Shown here piece after piece: positions 47,466 through 56,783 of a stretch of DNA of 58,950 bases. Origin of the DNA: an uncultured Pseudomonadales bacterium (GTDB taxonomy: Bacteria > Patescibacteriota > Microgenomatia > UBA1400). Both the position numbers and the translations under genes were made by a program. The notes under the pieces are model-generated. The model saw nothing but the letters and a program-made list of their open reading frames with translations, was not told the origin of the DNA and searched no databases. Numbering within the stretch: position 1 is the stretch's first letter; the number at the start of each line of letters is the position of its first letter. Location of the stretch: contig CAZPUR010000004.1 of NCBI GenBank assembly GCA_964589815.1, positions 1-58,950 of the forward strand. The letters run 5' to 3'.

Positions 47466-48749
47466 ATGCCTAAAGGTAGGATTGTTAGTGCTATCGACAT
47501 TGGCACATCAAAGATAACCACCATTATTGCTTCTCAACAGGAAGATTCAGAAAAGATTAATGTCATTGGGGTAGCCACTTTTCCCTCAATTGGTTTAAGA
47601 AAGAGTCAGATTGTTGACATTGAGGAAGCCATCAATGCCATTACTCAAAGCGTCGAGGCAGCCGAAAGAATGGCGGGCTGCGCCATTGCCAAATCCTTTA
47701 TTTCTATTAGCGGTAATCATATTCAGTCAAAGAACTCTAAAGGAGTGGTGGCCGTGGCCGAACCTGAAGGAGAAATTAGCATGGAAGATGTTTCTCGGGT
47801 GATTGAGGCGGCCAGGGCAGTTTCCCTGCCTGCTTCCCGGGAAATCCTCCACGTTATTCCCAGAGATTTTATTGTTGATTCTCAGGAAGGCATCAAAGAC
47901 CCTTTGGGCATGACCGGCGTCAGGTTGGAGGTAGAAACTCATATTGTCACCGGCTCTTCAACCGCGATGAAGAATTTGGGAAAATGCGTGGCTGAACTAG
48001 GAGTCGATGTCGAAGCCCTAGTTTTTTCTGGTTTGGCCGCCTCTGAGGCAGTTTTGACTGATACAGAAAAGGAACTAGGGGTGTGCTTGGTAGATATTGG
48101 CGGCGGCACCACTGCCATTGCCATTTTCGTAGAAGGGTCTTTAGCCTATTCTTCAGTTTTGCCAGTCGGGGCTAAGAATATTACTAATGATTTAGCCATT
48201 GGTTTAAGAGTTTCTTTAGATAGCGCGGAGAAAATTAAAAAAGCCTTAAGCCGCTATAAAAAAGTTGACCAAGACCAAGAAGCTAAAGAAAAAGATGAAT
48301 TGGATTTAAGTAAACTTGATTTGGAGGAGGAGATTAAATCAGTTTCTAAAAAGACGGTGGTTGACGGTATTATTCAGCCTCGCTTAAAAGAAATTTTCCA
48401 GATGGTAGGGGAAGAGTTGAAAAAATCGGGCTATGGGGGAGCCACACCCGCTGGGATTGTGGTCACCGGTGGCGGCGCGCGGACTGCCGGCCTTATTCCA
48501 GTTTGTAAGCGAACCTTATCTTTACCAGTCAGAATTGGCAGGCCTAGCGGACTGGACGGTTTAATTGACGAGATTAGAGAACCCGAATTCAGCACGGGGC
48601 AAGGTCTAATTCTGTATGGTTTGAAAAATTTTGAAAAACCGGCTACGGCTGGCTTTTCTTTTAAAAAGATTGGTAGCATTCTAGGGAGAATTCCTGCTAA
48701 AGGAGTTGCAGAAAAAGTAGTTGATTTTGTAAAATCGTTCTTACCATGA
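47466..48749 (+). CDS. ftsA: Cell division protein FtsA
   Basis: IDIGTSKI, EKELGVCLVDIGGGTT, VVTGGG. Confidence 0.96.
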   Translation: MPKGRIVSAIDIGTSKITTIIASQQEDSEKINVIGVATFPSIGLRKSQIVDIEEAINAITQSVEAAERMAGCAIAKSFISISGNHIQSKNSKGVVAVAEPEGEISMEDVSRVIEAARAVSLPASREILHVIPRDFIVDSQEGIKDPLGMTGVRLEVETHIVTGSSTAMKNLGKCVAELGVDVEALVFSGLAASEAVLTDTEKELGVCLVDIGGGTTAIAIFVEGSLAYSSVLPVGAKNITNDLAIGLRVSLDSAEKIKKALSRYKKVDQDQEAKEKDELDLSKLDLEEEIKSVSKKTVVDGIIQPRLKEIFQMVGEELKKSGYGGATPAGIVVTGGGARTAGLIPVCKRTLSLPVRIGRPSGLDGLIDEIREPEFSTGQGLILYGLKNFEKPATAGFSFKKIGSILGRIPAKGVAEKVVDFVKSFLP

Positions 48750-48802
48750 TCTTGATTTAATCGGGATCATAAATTTCTCCTGCCCAGAAAAAGGAGCCAG
48801 AT

Positions 48803-49963
48803 ATGGCTTTGGTAAAACCTGATTTGAACACTTTTGCCAAAATTAGAGTAGTTGGCGTTGGTGGTGGTGGCAATAATGCCGTTTCTTCAATGATTCTCAA
48901 TCAAAATATTAAAGGAGTAGAGTTTGTGGCGATCAATACCGACGCTCAAGTGCTATTAAATTCTCAAGCTCAGACCAAGGTTCAGATTGGAGAGAAACTG
49001 ACGAAAGGCTTAGGTTCAGGAGCCGATCCGGAAGTCGGGACTCAGGCAGCCGAAGAATCAAAAGAAAAAATCAAAGAAGTTCTCATTGACTCAGATATGG
49101 TTTTTTTGACTTGCGGCATGGGTGGAGGTACGGGTACGGGCGCTTCGCCTATAATTGCGGATATTGCCCGCGAAGTAGGAGCTTTAACTGTTGGCGTCAT
49201 CACCAAGCCATTTTTATTTGAGGGTACCAGGAGAATGGTGGTGGCCGAAGAAGGCGTCGAAAAGCTTAAAGATAAAGTTGACACCTTAATTGTTATTCCT
49301 AACCAAAGACTTTTAGACATTGTTGATAAGAAGATGACCTTGATTGAAGCCTTTCAAGTGGCCGACTCGGTTTTAGGTCAGGGCGTTCAGGGTATTTCTG
49401 ATCTGATTACCACGCCAGGCTTAATCAACGTTGATTTTAATGACGTCAAATCAATTATGAGCGGCGCCGGTAGTGCTCTGATGGGTATGGGCATTGGCAC
49501 CGGCGAGAATCGGGCTCAGGTGGCCGCCAGGTCAGCCATTTCTTCGCCCTTGATTGATATCTCCATGGATGGAGCCAAAGGCGTTTTGTTTAATGTCACT
49601 GGCGGCAAAGATTTGACCATGAGCGAGGTTAATCAGGCCGCAGAAATTATTTCCGGAGCGGCTGATGTTGACGCTAATATTATTTTTGGAACGGTGATTG
49701 ATGATACTTTGGTTGATCAGGTAAAAATTACGGTTTTAGCCACGGGCTTTGATGAAACTAGGCAAAGATTACAAGAGATTGCCAGCACCGGACCCTTAAG
49801 GCAGCCGGTTAAGAAAGCCTTTGTTTCTGACTTTGACGAAGAGGAAACCGTCGAAGAAGCAGAGGAAAAGCAAAAAGAAAAAGAAGAAAAAGACAAAGAT
49901 GGAGAAACTCCTCCGGAAGATTCCAAATTTGATATTCCGGCTTTTTTAAGACAAGGAAGATAA
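48803..49963 (+). CDS. ftsZ: Cell division protein FtsZ
   Basis: [34 protein letters not shown]. Confidence 0.98.
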   Translation: MALVKPDLNTFAKIRVVGVGGGGNNAVSSMILNQNIKGVEFVAINTDAQVLLNSQAQTKVQIGEKLTKGLGSGADPEVGTQAAEESKEKIKEVLIDSDMVFLTCGMGGGTGTGASPIIADIAREVGALTVGVITKPFLFEGTRRMVVAEEGVEKLKDKVDTLIVIPNQRLLDIVDKKMTLIEAFQVADSVLGQGVQGISDLITTPGLINVDFNDVKSIMSGAGSALMGMGIGTGENRAQVAARSAISSPLIDISMDGAKGVLFNVTGGKDLTMSEVNQAAEIISGAADVDANIIFGTVIDDTLVDQVKITVLATGFDETRQRLQEIASTGPLRQPVKKAFVSDFDEEETVEEAEEKQKEKEEKDKDGETPPEDSKFDIPAFLRQGR

Positions 49964-50140
49964 ATCAAGCTCCAAATATCAAGCACCAAATTTCAAATAA
50001 TTTTCAAATTCCAATTTCCAAACAATTTATAATTTTGAATTTGGAGCTTTGAATTCCTGCCGGCCGGCAGGTTTAGAATTTTTAATTTTGAAAATTGAGA
50101 TTTATTTGGGATTTGTAATTTGGGATTTGTGGTTTTGCTG
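49964..50140. repeat. Intergenic periodic inverted-repeat element with nested 16-bp palindrome
   Basis: caagcaccaaat/caaatt left arm, atttggg right arm; cctgccggccggcagg at 50056-50071. Confidence 0.8.
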
Positions 50141-50163
50141 GGAAGATTGATATAATAAACTTC

Positions 50164-53085
50164 ATGAAGAAATTCGAGAATGTTAATCCCAGGCCAGATT
50201 TTCCTCAAATGGAGAAGGAATTGCTTCAGTGGTGGTATCAAACGGGAATAGTAAAAAAATACCTTCATAAGAATAAAGGCAGTCAGAAACGGTTTGCTTT
50301 TATGGATGGACCAATTACCGCCAATAACCCGATGGGGGTTCATCATGCCTGGGGCAGAACTTATAAAGATCTTTGGCAGCGCTATAAAAACATGAAGGGT
50401 TATGAGCAGAGATTTCAAAATGGTTTTGACTGTCAAGGTCTTTGGGTGGAAGTGGAAGTAGAAAAAGAATTGGGCTTCAAATCCAAAAAAGATATTGAGA
50501 AATTCGGTATCGCCAAGTTTGTTAATTTATGCAAAGCCAGAGTGAAGAAATTTGCCCGAGTGCAAACCGAACAATCGAAAAGACTAGGATACTTTATGGA
50601 TTGGGAACATTCTTATTTCACTATGAGCGATGAAAATAACTATATGATTTGGTATTTTTTGCAAAAATGCTGGCGGAATAGTTGGTTGTACCAGGGAAGA
50701 GATTCAGTCCCTTGGTGTCCGCGCTGCGGCACGGCTATTTCCCAGCATGAGATGCTCACCGAGGACTATAAAGAGGTAACCCATGAGTCGATCTATTTTA
50801 AACTTCCCATTATTTCAAAAGGCTGGCCCAAGACTTATTTTTTAGTTTGGACCACGACTCCCTGGACGATTCCGGCTAATGTGGCCTTAGTCGTTGACCC
50901 TAAAAAAGACTATCTTTTAATCAAAAACGGCTCGGAGAAATTGGTGGTTTTAAAAGAAAGAGCGAAAGTCCTTTTTCCTCAAAAATATACCAAGGCCCAA
51001 GTCGTCAAAGGCAAGGAACTGATTGGGCTTAATTATCAGGCTCCTTTTGCTCATTTGCCTCGGCTAAAAAAAAGCTTGGGTAGCTACGTTCATAAAGTAG
51101 TGGCCTCAGATGCCTTGATTTTACCGGTAGCAGATAATGAAGGCACGGGCGTGGTTCATATTAATACCGGCGGCGGGGCTGAGGATTATAAGATTGGTCT
51201 TAAAGAAAATTTGCCTTTAGTAGAGTCGATAGACGAAGAAGCCAATTATTTGGAGCAAATGGGAAACTTAAGCGGTAAAAATGCCAAAAAACATCCGGAA
51301 TTGATTTTGGACTATCTTAGAAATAAAGACAAAGGCAAGTTTTTCCTTAAGACGGAGAGGGTGACTCACCGTTATCCAGCCTGCTGGCGCTGTAAAGAAG
51401 AATTGGTTTGGCGGGCGGTTGATGAGTGGTATATTAGTATGGACAAGAAAGATCCGAATGATAAAAAAGGCCGGACTTTACGCCAAAAAATGATTGATGT
51501 GGCCAAAAAAATCCGCTGGATTCCGGGCTTTGGTTTAAAAAGAGAACTGGATTGGCTGAAAAATATGGATGATTGGCTGATTTCTAAAAAACGCTATTGG
51601 GGGTTGGCCTTACCGATTTGGCAATGCCAGTGCGGCCATTTTCAGGTTATTGGTTCTGAGGAAGAATTAAGTCAAAAAGCAGCTCAAGGCTGGTCTGAGT
51701 TTAAGGGTCATAGTCCCCATCGTCCTTGGGTTGATAAAATTAAAATAAAATGCTCCCAGTGTGGTCAATTAGCTTCTCGGATTGCTGATGTAGGCAATCC
51801 TTGGCTGGACGCGGGCATTGTTAATTTTTCTACTCTGATTGATCCGAAAACCAAGAAATTAAGTTATACCACTGACAAAAAATATTTTAAAAAATGGTTT
51901 CCGGCTGATTTTATTACCGAGTCATTCCCAGGACAGTTCAAGAACTGGTTTTATTCGATGATTGCTATGGCCACGGTTTTAGAAGATCAGGAGCCTTATA
52001 AAACCGTTTTAGGTTTTGGGACTTTGTTGGGTGAGGATGGCCGGCCGATGCATAAATCTTGGGGTAATGCGATTGAATTTAATGAAGGGGCAGACAAAAT
52101 CGGAGTTGATGTGATGCGCTGGATGTATCTGACTCACCATCCGGAAAAAAACCTGCTTTTTGGTTATAAAATTGCTGATGAAACCAGAAGAAGATTTCAT
52201 TTGACCCTATGGAACGTCTATAATTTTTTGGTTACCTATGCTAATTTAAACCATTGGCAGCTAAAAAAACTTTCTCCCCAGGGATTAAAAATTTTAGATA
52301 AATGGATTTTAACCAAGCTTGACCTTTTGGCCTTTCAGGTGGGAGGATTTTTAGACGATTATAAGCCTGACGAGGCGGCTCTTTTAATAGAGAAATTTGT
52401 TCAAGACTTATCCACCTGGTATGTGAGGCGCTCTCGGGATAGAGTCAGCTTATTAACCGATGATAAAAATGACCTAAATGTTTGTTTAAATGTTTTAAGC
52501 CAAGTTTTATTAATGCTTTCAAGAATATTAGCTCCTTTTAACCCCTTTATTAGTGAAATAATTTATAAAAACCTTAGTGGAGAAGAATCAGTTCATCTGG
52601 CTTCCTGGCCGGAAAAAAATTCTGAGATTAAAAAAACAGACAAAGATTTACTTAAACAAATGGATTTAGTGCGTCAAATTTGTGAGTTAGGTCACAGTCA
52701 AAGAAAAGAGAAGGGGATTAAAGTTAGACAACCACTAAAGAAGTTAAAAGTTAAAAGTGAAAAGTTAAAAGTGAAATTAAAGAATCAGAAAGAATTAATT
52801 CAATTAATTAAAGAAGAGCTAAATGTTAAACAGGTAGAATTTATTAAAGGTAAAAAACTAGAGGTAAGCTTGGAGACGAAACTAACTCCCCTATTGAAAA
52901 AAGAAGGGGAGGCCAGAGAGTTGATGAGGAAAATTCAAGAGCAACGGAAAAAAGCTGGTTGCCAATTAAGTCAGTTAATAGTTATTACTCTCCCTTCTTG
53001 GCCTAAAGAATTTGAAAAGGAAATTAAGTCAAAAACTTTGGTTAAAGAGATAAGAAAAGGGAAAGAAATTAAGATTGTTGAATAA
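50164..53085 (+). CDS. ileS: Isoleucine--tRNA ligase, type 2, with GVHH and PMHKS motifs
   Basis: DGPITAN, GFDCQGL, WTTTPWT, RYWG, EGEARELMRKIQEQRKKAG C-terminus. Confidence 0.93.
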   Translation: MKKFENVNPRPDFPQMEKELLQWWYQTGIVKKYLHKNKGSQKRFAFMDGPITANNPMGVHHAWGRTYKDLWQRYKNMKGYEQRFQNGFDCQGLWVEVEVEKELGFKSKKDIEKFGIAKFVNLCKARVKKFARVQTEQSKRLGYFMDWEHSYFTMSDENNYMIWYFLQKCWRNSWLYQGRDSVPWCPRCGTAISQHEMLTEDYKEVTHESIYFKLPIISKGWPKTYFLVWTTTPWTIPANVALVVDPKKDYLLIKNGSEKLVVLKERAKVLFPQKYTKAQVVKGKELIGLNYQAPFAHLPRLKKSLGSYVHKVVASDALILPVADNEGTGVVHINTGGGAEDYKIGLKENLPLVESIDEEANYLEQMGNLSGKNAKKHPELILDYLRNKDKGKFFLKTERVTHRYPACWRCKEELVWRAVDEWYISMDKKDPNDKKGRTLRQKMIDVAKKIRWIPGFGLKRELDWLKNMDDWLISKKRYWGLALPIWQCQCGHFQVIGSEEELSQKAAQGWSEFKGHSPHRPWVDKIKIKCSQCGQLASRIADVGNPWLDAGIVNFSTLIDPKTKKLSYTTDKKYFKKWFPADFITESFPGQFKNWFYSMIAMATVLEDQEPYKTVLGFGTLLGEDGRPMHKSWGNAIEFNEGADKIGVDVMRWMYLTHHPEKNLLFGYKIADETRRRFHLTLWNVYNFLVTYANLNHWQLKKLSPQGLKILDKWILTKLDLLAFQVGGFLDDYKPDEAALLIEKFVQDLSTWYVRRSRDRVSLLTDDKNDLNVCLNVLSQVLLMLSRILAPFNPFISEIIYKNLSGEESVHLASWPEKNSEIKKTDKDLLKQMDLVRQICELGHSQRKEKGIKVRQPLKKLKVKSEKLKVKLKNQKELIQLIKEELNVKQVEFIKGKKLEVSLETKLTPLLKKEGEARELMRKIQEQRKKAGCQLSQLIVITLPSWPKEFEKEIKSKTLVKEIRKGKEIKIVE

Positions 53086-53087
53086 TT

Positions 53088-54158
53088 ATGTTCAGAAATC
53101 TTGACTGCTGGTTTATCCTTCCAGTGCTGGTTATTTTCAGTCTGGGGGCTTTGACTCTTTTCAGTATTGATAGGAGTTTTTTCCAAAACCAGCTTTTATT
53201 TTTTAGCATCGGGGTTTTAGTTTTTTTACTTTTTTCTCTTATTGATTACCAGGTTTTTGAAAAACTTTATTTTCATTTATATATTCTGGCAGTTTTTTTA
53301 CTTTTGCTGACCTTTATTTTAGGCAGTTTAACCCGTGGCTCAATCCGCTGGATTAGAATAGGAAATTTAAGTTTACAACCTTCAGAACTAGTCAAACCCC
53401 TTTTACTTTTGAGCTTTTCCGGCCTAGCTTTAAAATTGGATTTTAAAAAGATTAAAGATTTAATTATCTTTTTAGGCCTTCTTTTTTTACCGGTTTTTTT
53501 AATTTTCAAACAACCAGACTTAGGCAGCGCTTTAGTTGTTTTTGTCATCGGCTTGGCGATTATTTTAAGTAAAGGGATGAGATTAAGATATCTTATTTTA
53601 GGCTTATTAGTTTTTTTAGCCAGCCTGCCTTTAGGTTGGCGGGTTTTAAAACCATACCAACAAGAAAGGGCCTTAAGCTTTCTTTATCCAGGTTTTGATC
53701 CTTTAGGCAGCGGTTACAACCTAATTCAGGCCAAAATCGCTATTGGTTCAGGTCAATTTTTAGGCAAAGGCTTGGGCAGCGGCACCCAAAGCCAGCTTAG
53801 ATTTCTACCGGAGAGACACTCTGATTTTATTTTTGCCTGCCTGGCAGAAGAATGGGGTTTTTTAGGCAGCAGTTTATTAATTTTTGCTTTTTATATTTTA
53901 ATTTTGAAAATTTATCTTTTAGGCAGGGAGAGCGAAACTTTAACGGGAAGCTTAATCTGTGTTGGAGGCGCCAGCCTGCTTTTTTTTCAATCTTTTATTA
54001 ATATAGGGATGAATTTAGGCTTAATGCCGATTACTGGAATTACTCTGCCTTTAGTTTCTTATGGTGGCAGTTCTTTAATCTCTACTTTTGTTCTATTAGC
54101 CTTAATTCGATCAGTGGCCAGGAATAGGCAAAAAGAAAAATCAATTGAAATAAGATAA
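53088..54158 (+). CDS. rodA: SEDS protein RodA
   Basis: QPSELVK, QPDLGS, GYNLIQAKIAIGSG, FLPERHSDFIF, LPLVSYGGSS. Confidence 0.9.
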   Translation: MFRNLDCWFILPVLVIFSLGALTLFSIDRSFFQNQLLFFSIGVLVFLLFSLIDYQVFEKLYFHLYILAVFLLLLTFILGSLTRGSIRWIRIGNLSLQPSELVKPLLLLSFSGLALKLDFKKIKDLIIFLGLLFLPVFLIFKQPDLGSALVVFVIGLAIILSKGMRLRYLILGLLVFLASLPLGWRVLKPYQQERALSFLYPGFDPLGSGYNLIQAKIAIGSGQFLGKGLGSGTQSQLRFLPERHSDFIFACLAEEWGFLGSSLLIFAFYILILKIYLLGRESETLTGSLICVGGASLLFFQSFINIGMNLGLMPITGITLPLVSYGGSSLISTFVLLALIRSVARNRQKEKSIEIR

Positions 54159-54180
54159 ACATTAAGTTAAAATACAGTCT

Positions 54181-54507
54181 ATGGTTAAAATAATAAAAAC
54201 AGCCGTAGTTAATATTGCTGGCAAACAACACCTAGTAGCCGAAGGCGAAGTCATTACCACGGAAAAGATTGAAGGGAAAAAAGGGGATAAGATTAATTTT
54301 GATCAGGTTTTAATGGTAAAAGACAATAAATTAAGCCTCGGTACTCCCCTGGTCAAACAAGCTCGGGTAAAGGGAGAAGTTGTCGAGCAGTTCAAAGATA
54401 AGAAAATCCGGGTGGCCACTTATAAAGCTAAATCCCGTTATCGTCGGGTTAAAGGCCATCGTCAGCAAAAAACTAAAGTAAAGATTTTAAAAATTACTTC
54501 TTCTTAA
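54181..54507 (+). CDS. rplU: 50S ribosomal protein L21
   Basis: GKQHLVAEG, YKAKSRYRRVKGHRQ. Confidence 0.95.
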   Translation: MVKIIKTAVVNIAGKQHLVAEGEVITTEKIEGKKGDKINFDQVLMVKDNKLSLGTPLVKQARVKGEVVEQFKDKKIRVATYKAKSRYRRVKGHRQQKTKVKILKITSS

Positions 54508-54606
54508 TCTGTTCCTAGTCAGTTTAGACTGAGCCCGCATTTTGCGGGAGAAGTGTGAAAATAAATAGTTGACTTTTGTGAAAACTTATGGTTACATAAG
54601 GTTGTT

Positions 54607-54852
54607 ATGGCGAAAAAGAAAACCGGCGGGAGCACGGTTCAACACAAAGGCAGGGTCGGTAAGCGTCTGGGCATCAAAATTTACGGCGGCCAAAACATTA
54701 AAACCGGTCAGATTATTGTCCGGCAAAGGGGTAGCAAATTTCATGCCGGCCAGGGCGTAGGGATGGGTAGAGACCACACCCTTTTTGCCTTAAAGACAGG
54801 TAGAGTTAGTTTTTCTAGTTTGCGAGGTAAAAAAGTAGTCTCTATTATTTGA
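54607..54852 (+). CDS. rpmA: 50S ribosomal protein L27
   Basis: [25 protein letters not shown]. Confidence 0.96.
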   Translation: MAKKKTGGSTVQHKGRVGKRLGIKIYGGQNIKTGQIIVRQRGSKFHAGQGVGMGRDHTLFALKTGRVSFSSLRGKKVVSII

Positions 54853-54874
54853 TTTTAAATAAAAGGAGTCAGTT

Positions 54875-55747
54875 ATGGATCAAATGGGTCAAAAAAATAT
54901 CGTTGATTTAGACGTTGAACAGCTTCAAGCCAATCCCCTCCAGCCCCGAGGAGTAATTACTTCGGAATCAATTGCTGACTTAGTGGAATCTATTAAACAA
55001 CACGGTGTTTTAGAGCCCTTAGTGGTGGCCCATACGCCGGCCGGTTATCAGATTGTGGTGGGTGAAAGGCGTTGGCGGGCGTCCAAAATTGCCGGCCTTA
55101 AAGATGTTCCCTGCATTGTCAAAGAGACCAGTCCTCAGGGGATGTTGGAGATGGCTATTGTGGAAAACGTCCAGAGAGAGGATTTGAATCCTATTGATCG
55201 AGCTAAGGCCTTTGAACGTTTAGTCGAGGAATTTATGCTTTCCAAGGCAGAGATTGCCAAGAGAATTGGCAAAAGCGCCCCTTATATTTCCAACACCTTA
55301 AAACTGCTTCAACTGCCAGATGCGGTCAAAGATGGTCTGCTTTCAGGTTTGGTTACTGAAGGTCATGCCCGGGCCCTTCAGGGTATTCACGATATGCGTT
55401 TAATGATTGAAGCTTATAAAATGGTTTTGAAAGAATCAGCTTCAGTCAGAAGAACAGAAGAAATAGCCCGAAGAATGAAGCTGGCTTCCGGTCAGCCCAC
55501 AGTTAAATTAGGTGATAAGAGTGAAGCCCGATTAAATAAATTTATTGTTGATGAAAAAGTAGACCAATATGAGGATGAAATGCGCGGGGCTTTAGGTAAA
55601 AAGGTAAAAGTGAGATTGAGAAGGAGTCTAAGGGAAACTAAATTATACATTGGTTTGGTGGGAACGCCCGAAGAAACAGATGAGCAATTAAGAAAACTTC
55701 ACCAGGCGATCTTAGGAATCAGTCCGGAAGCAGAGGGCGGCCAGTAA
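54875..55747 (+). CDS. parB: ParB/Spo0J family protein
   Basis: NPLQPR, GERRWRA, ENVQREDLNP, HTH, GHARAL. Confidence 0.92.
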   Translation: MDQMGQKNIVDLDVEQLQANPLQPRGVITSESIADLVESIKQHGVLEPLVVAHTPAGYQIVVGERRWRASKIAGLKDVPCIVKETSPQGMLEMAIVENVQREDLNPIDRAKAFERLVEEFMLSKAEIAKRIGKSAPYISNTLKLLQLPDAVKDGLLSGLVTEGHARALQGIHDMRLMIEAYKMVLKESASVRRTEEIARRMKLASGQPTVKLGDKSEARLNKFIVDEKVDQYEDEMRGALGKKVKVRLRRSLRETKLYIGLVGTPEETDEQLRKLHQAILGISPEAEGGQ

Positions 55748-56262
55748 CGCAGCCAAGCCCTGCCCACAATATCATCTTTAGAAATGTAACCCCATTCTCT
55801 TGAGTCGCTGGAATGGGAGCGATTGTCTCCAGCCATAAAATATTGTTCTTCAGGCACCACTATTTCTCCACCCTCAGGTAAAAATTGACCGCCCTGAGTG
55901 TAAACATCTTCAGCTAAATAAGCCGATTCATCTAAAAACTTATCATCAATAAAAAATCTTCCTTGTTTTAAACTGACGCTTTCGTTTGGCAGACCAATAA
56001 TTCTTTTAATATAATCATAGCTTTGATTAACCGGAGCTTTAAAGATAATGACATCGCCTCTTTCAGGTTCATGGATACGATAGGTAATTTTATTGGTCAG
56101 CAGATATTCGCCGTTTTCAAAATTGGGCTGCATGGAGTTGCCTTTAACCTGATGGGGCTGGAAAAGAAAGAGGTAGATAATGACGAAAATAACCAGGGCG
56201 GTGACAATGGTTTCAATAAAGTCCAAAATAAAAGCGCCGATGATTCTTAGTATCCGAAACAT
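55699..56262 (-). CDS. lepB: Signal peptidase I
   Basis: GNSMQP, YIKRIIG, GDNRSHSSDSR. Confidence 0.95.
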   Translation of the reverse strand: MFRILRIIGAFILDFIETIVTALVIFVIIYLFLFQPHQVKGNSMQPNFENGEYLLTNKITYRIHEPERGDVIIFKAPVNQSYDYIKRIIGLPNESVSLKQGRFFIDDKFLDESAYLAEDVYTQGGQFLPEGGEIVVPEEQYFMAGDNRSHSSDSREWGYISKDDIVGRAWLRYWPPSASGLIPKIAW

Positions 56263-56329
56263 AATATTTCATTATAAAGGGAAATTAGATTGTGACGCAA
56301 GAGCAATTTTGGTAAAATCATATCTAAAA

Positions 56330-56381
56330 GGGTCCATAGCTTGAGCCAGAGGCTCATCGTCCTCTGGACGGCAGTGGTAGA
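56330..56381 (+). pseudogene. tRNA-Val 5' fragment with palindrome inserted in the D-arm
   Basis: gggtcca-tagct-[tgagccagaggctcatcgtcctctggacgg]-cagtggtaga, ending 3 nt before the GIY-YIG ATG. Confidence 0.7.
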
Positions 56382-56384
56382 TAG

Positions 56385-56636
56385 ATGTTTTACTATGTTT
56401 ATTTACTAATAAGCCTTAAAAACGGGAAAACCTATGTTGGTTTTACGAGCAAACAGCCCCAACAACGTCTGGTAGAACACAACATGGGCGTTAATAAATG
56501 GACAAAGCAAAACGGTCCTTTTAAATTGATATATTGGGAAAAGTTTTTTTGTAAAAAAGATGCCATCATGAGAAAAAAATTTTTTAAAAGTGGACAAGGA
56601 AAGAAATTAAAACAGATAATAGTTAAATATTATTAG
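56385..56636 (+). CDS. Small GIY-YIG nuclease family protein (catalytic Glu apparently replaced by Lys)
   Basis: YYVYLL..TYVGFT..RLVEHN..YWE..AIMRKKFFKSG. Confidence 0.88.
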   Translation: MFYYVYLLISLKNGKTYVGFTSKQPQQRLVEHNMGVNKWTKQNGPFKLIYWEKFFCKKDAIMRKKFFKSGQGKKLKQIIVKYY

Positions 56637-56641
56637 ATTTT

Positions 56642-56713
56642 GGGCTCGTAGCTCAGTGGTAGAGCGTTCCGTTCACATCGGAGAGGTCATAGGTTCAATC
56701 CCTATCGAGCCCA
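56642..56713 (+). tRNA. tRNA-Val(CAC)
   Basis: Acceptor gggctcg/cgagccc, D-arm gctc/gagc, anticodon ttccg-ttCACat-cggag, T-arm atagg-ttcaatc-cctat; CCA not encoded. Confidence 0.95.
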
Positions 56714-56783
56714 CTATTTTAATAATCTAGTTGTTCCCAAAAAATAGATTGTAGTAGAAGGGCAATGTGAAATCGTTCTACCA

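Noticed and set aside
49993-50436. Minus-strand 147-aa ORF
   Set aside because: Antisense to ileS and runs through the periodic repeat; no independent support
54515-54548. Small hairpins between rplU and rpmA as an L21/L27 regulatory RNA
   Set aside because: Very short stems resembling the dispersed palindromes; no evidence for a specific regulatory role
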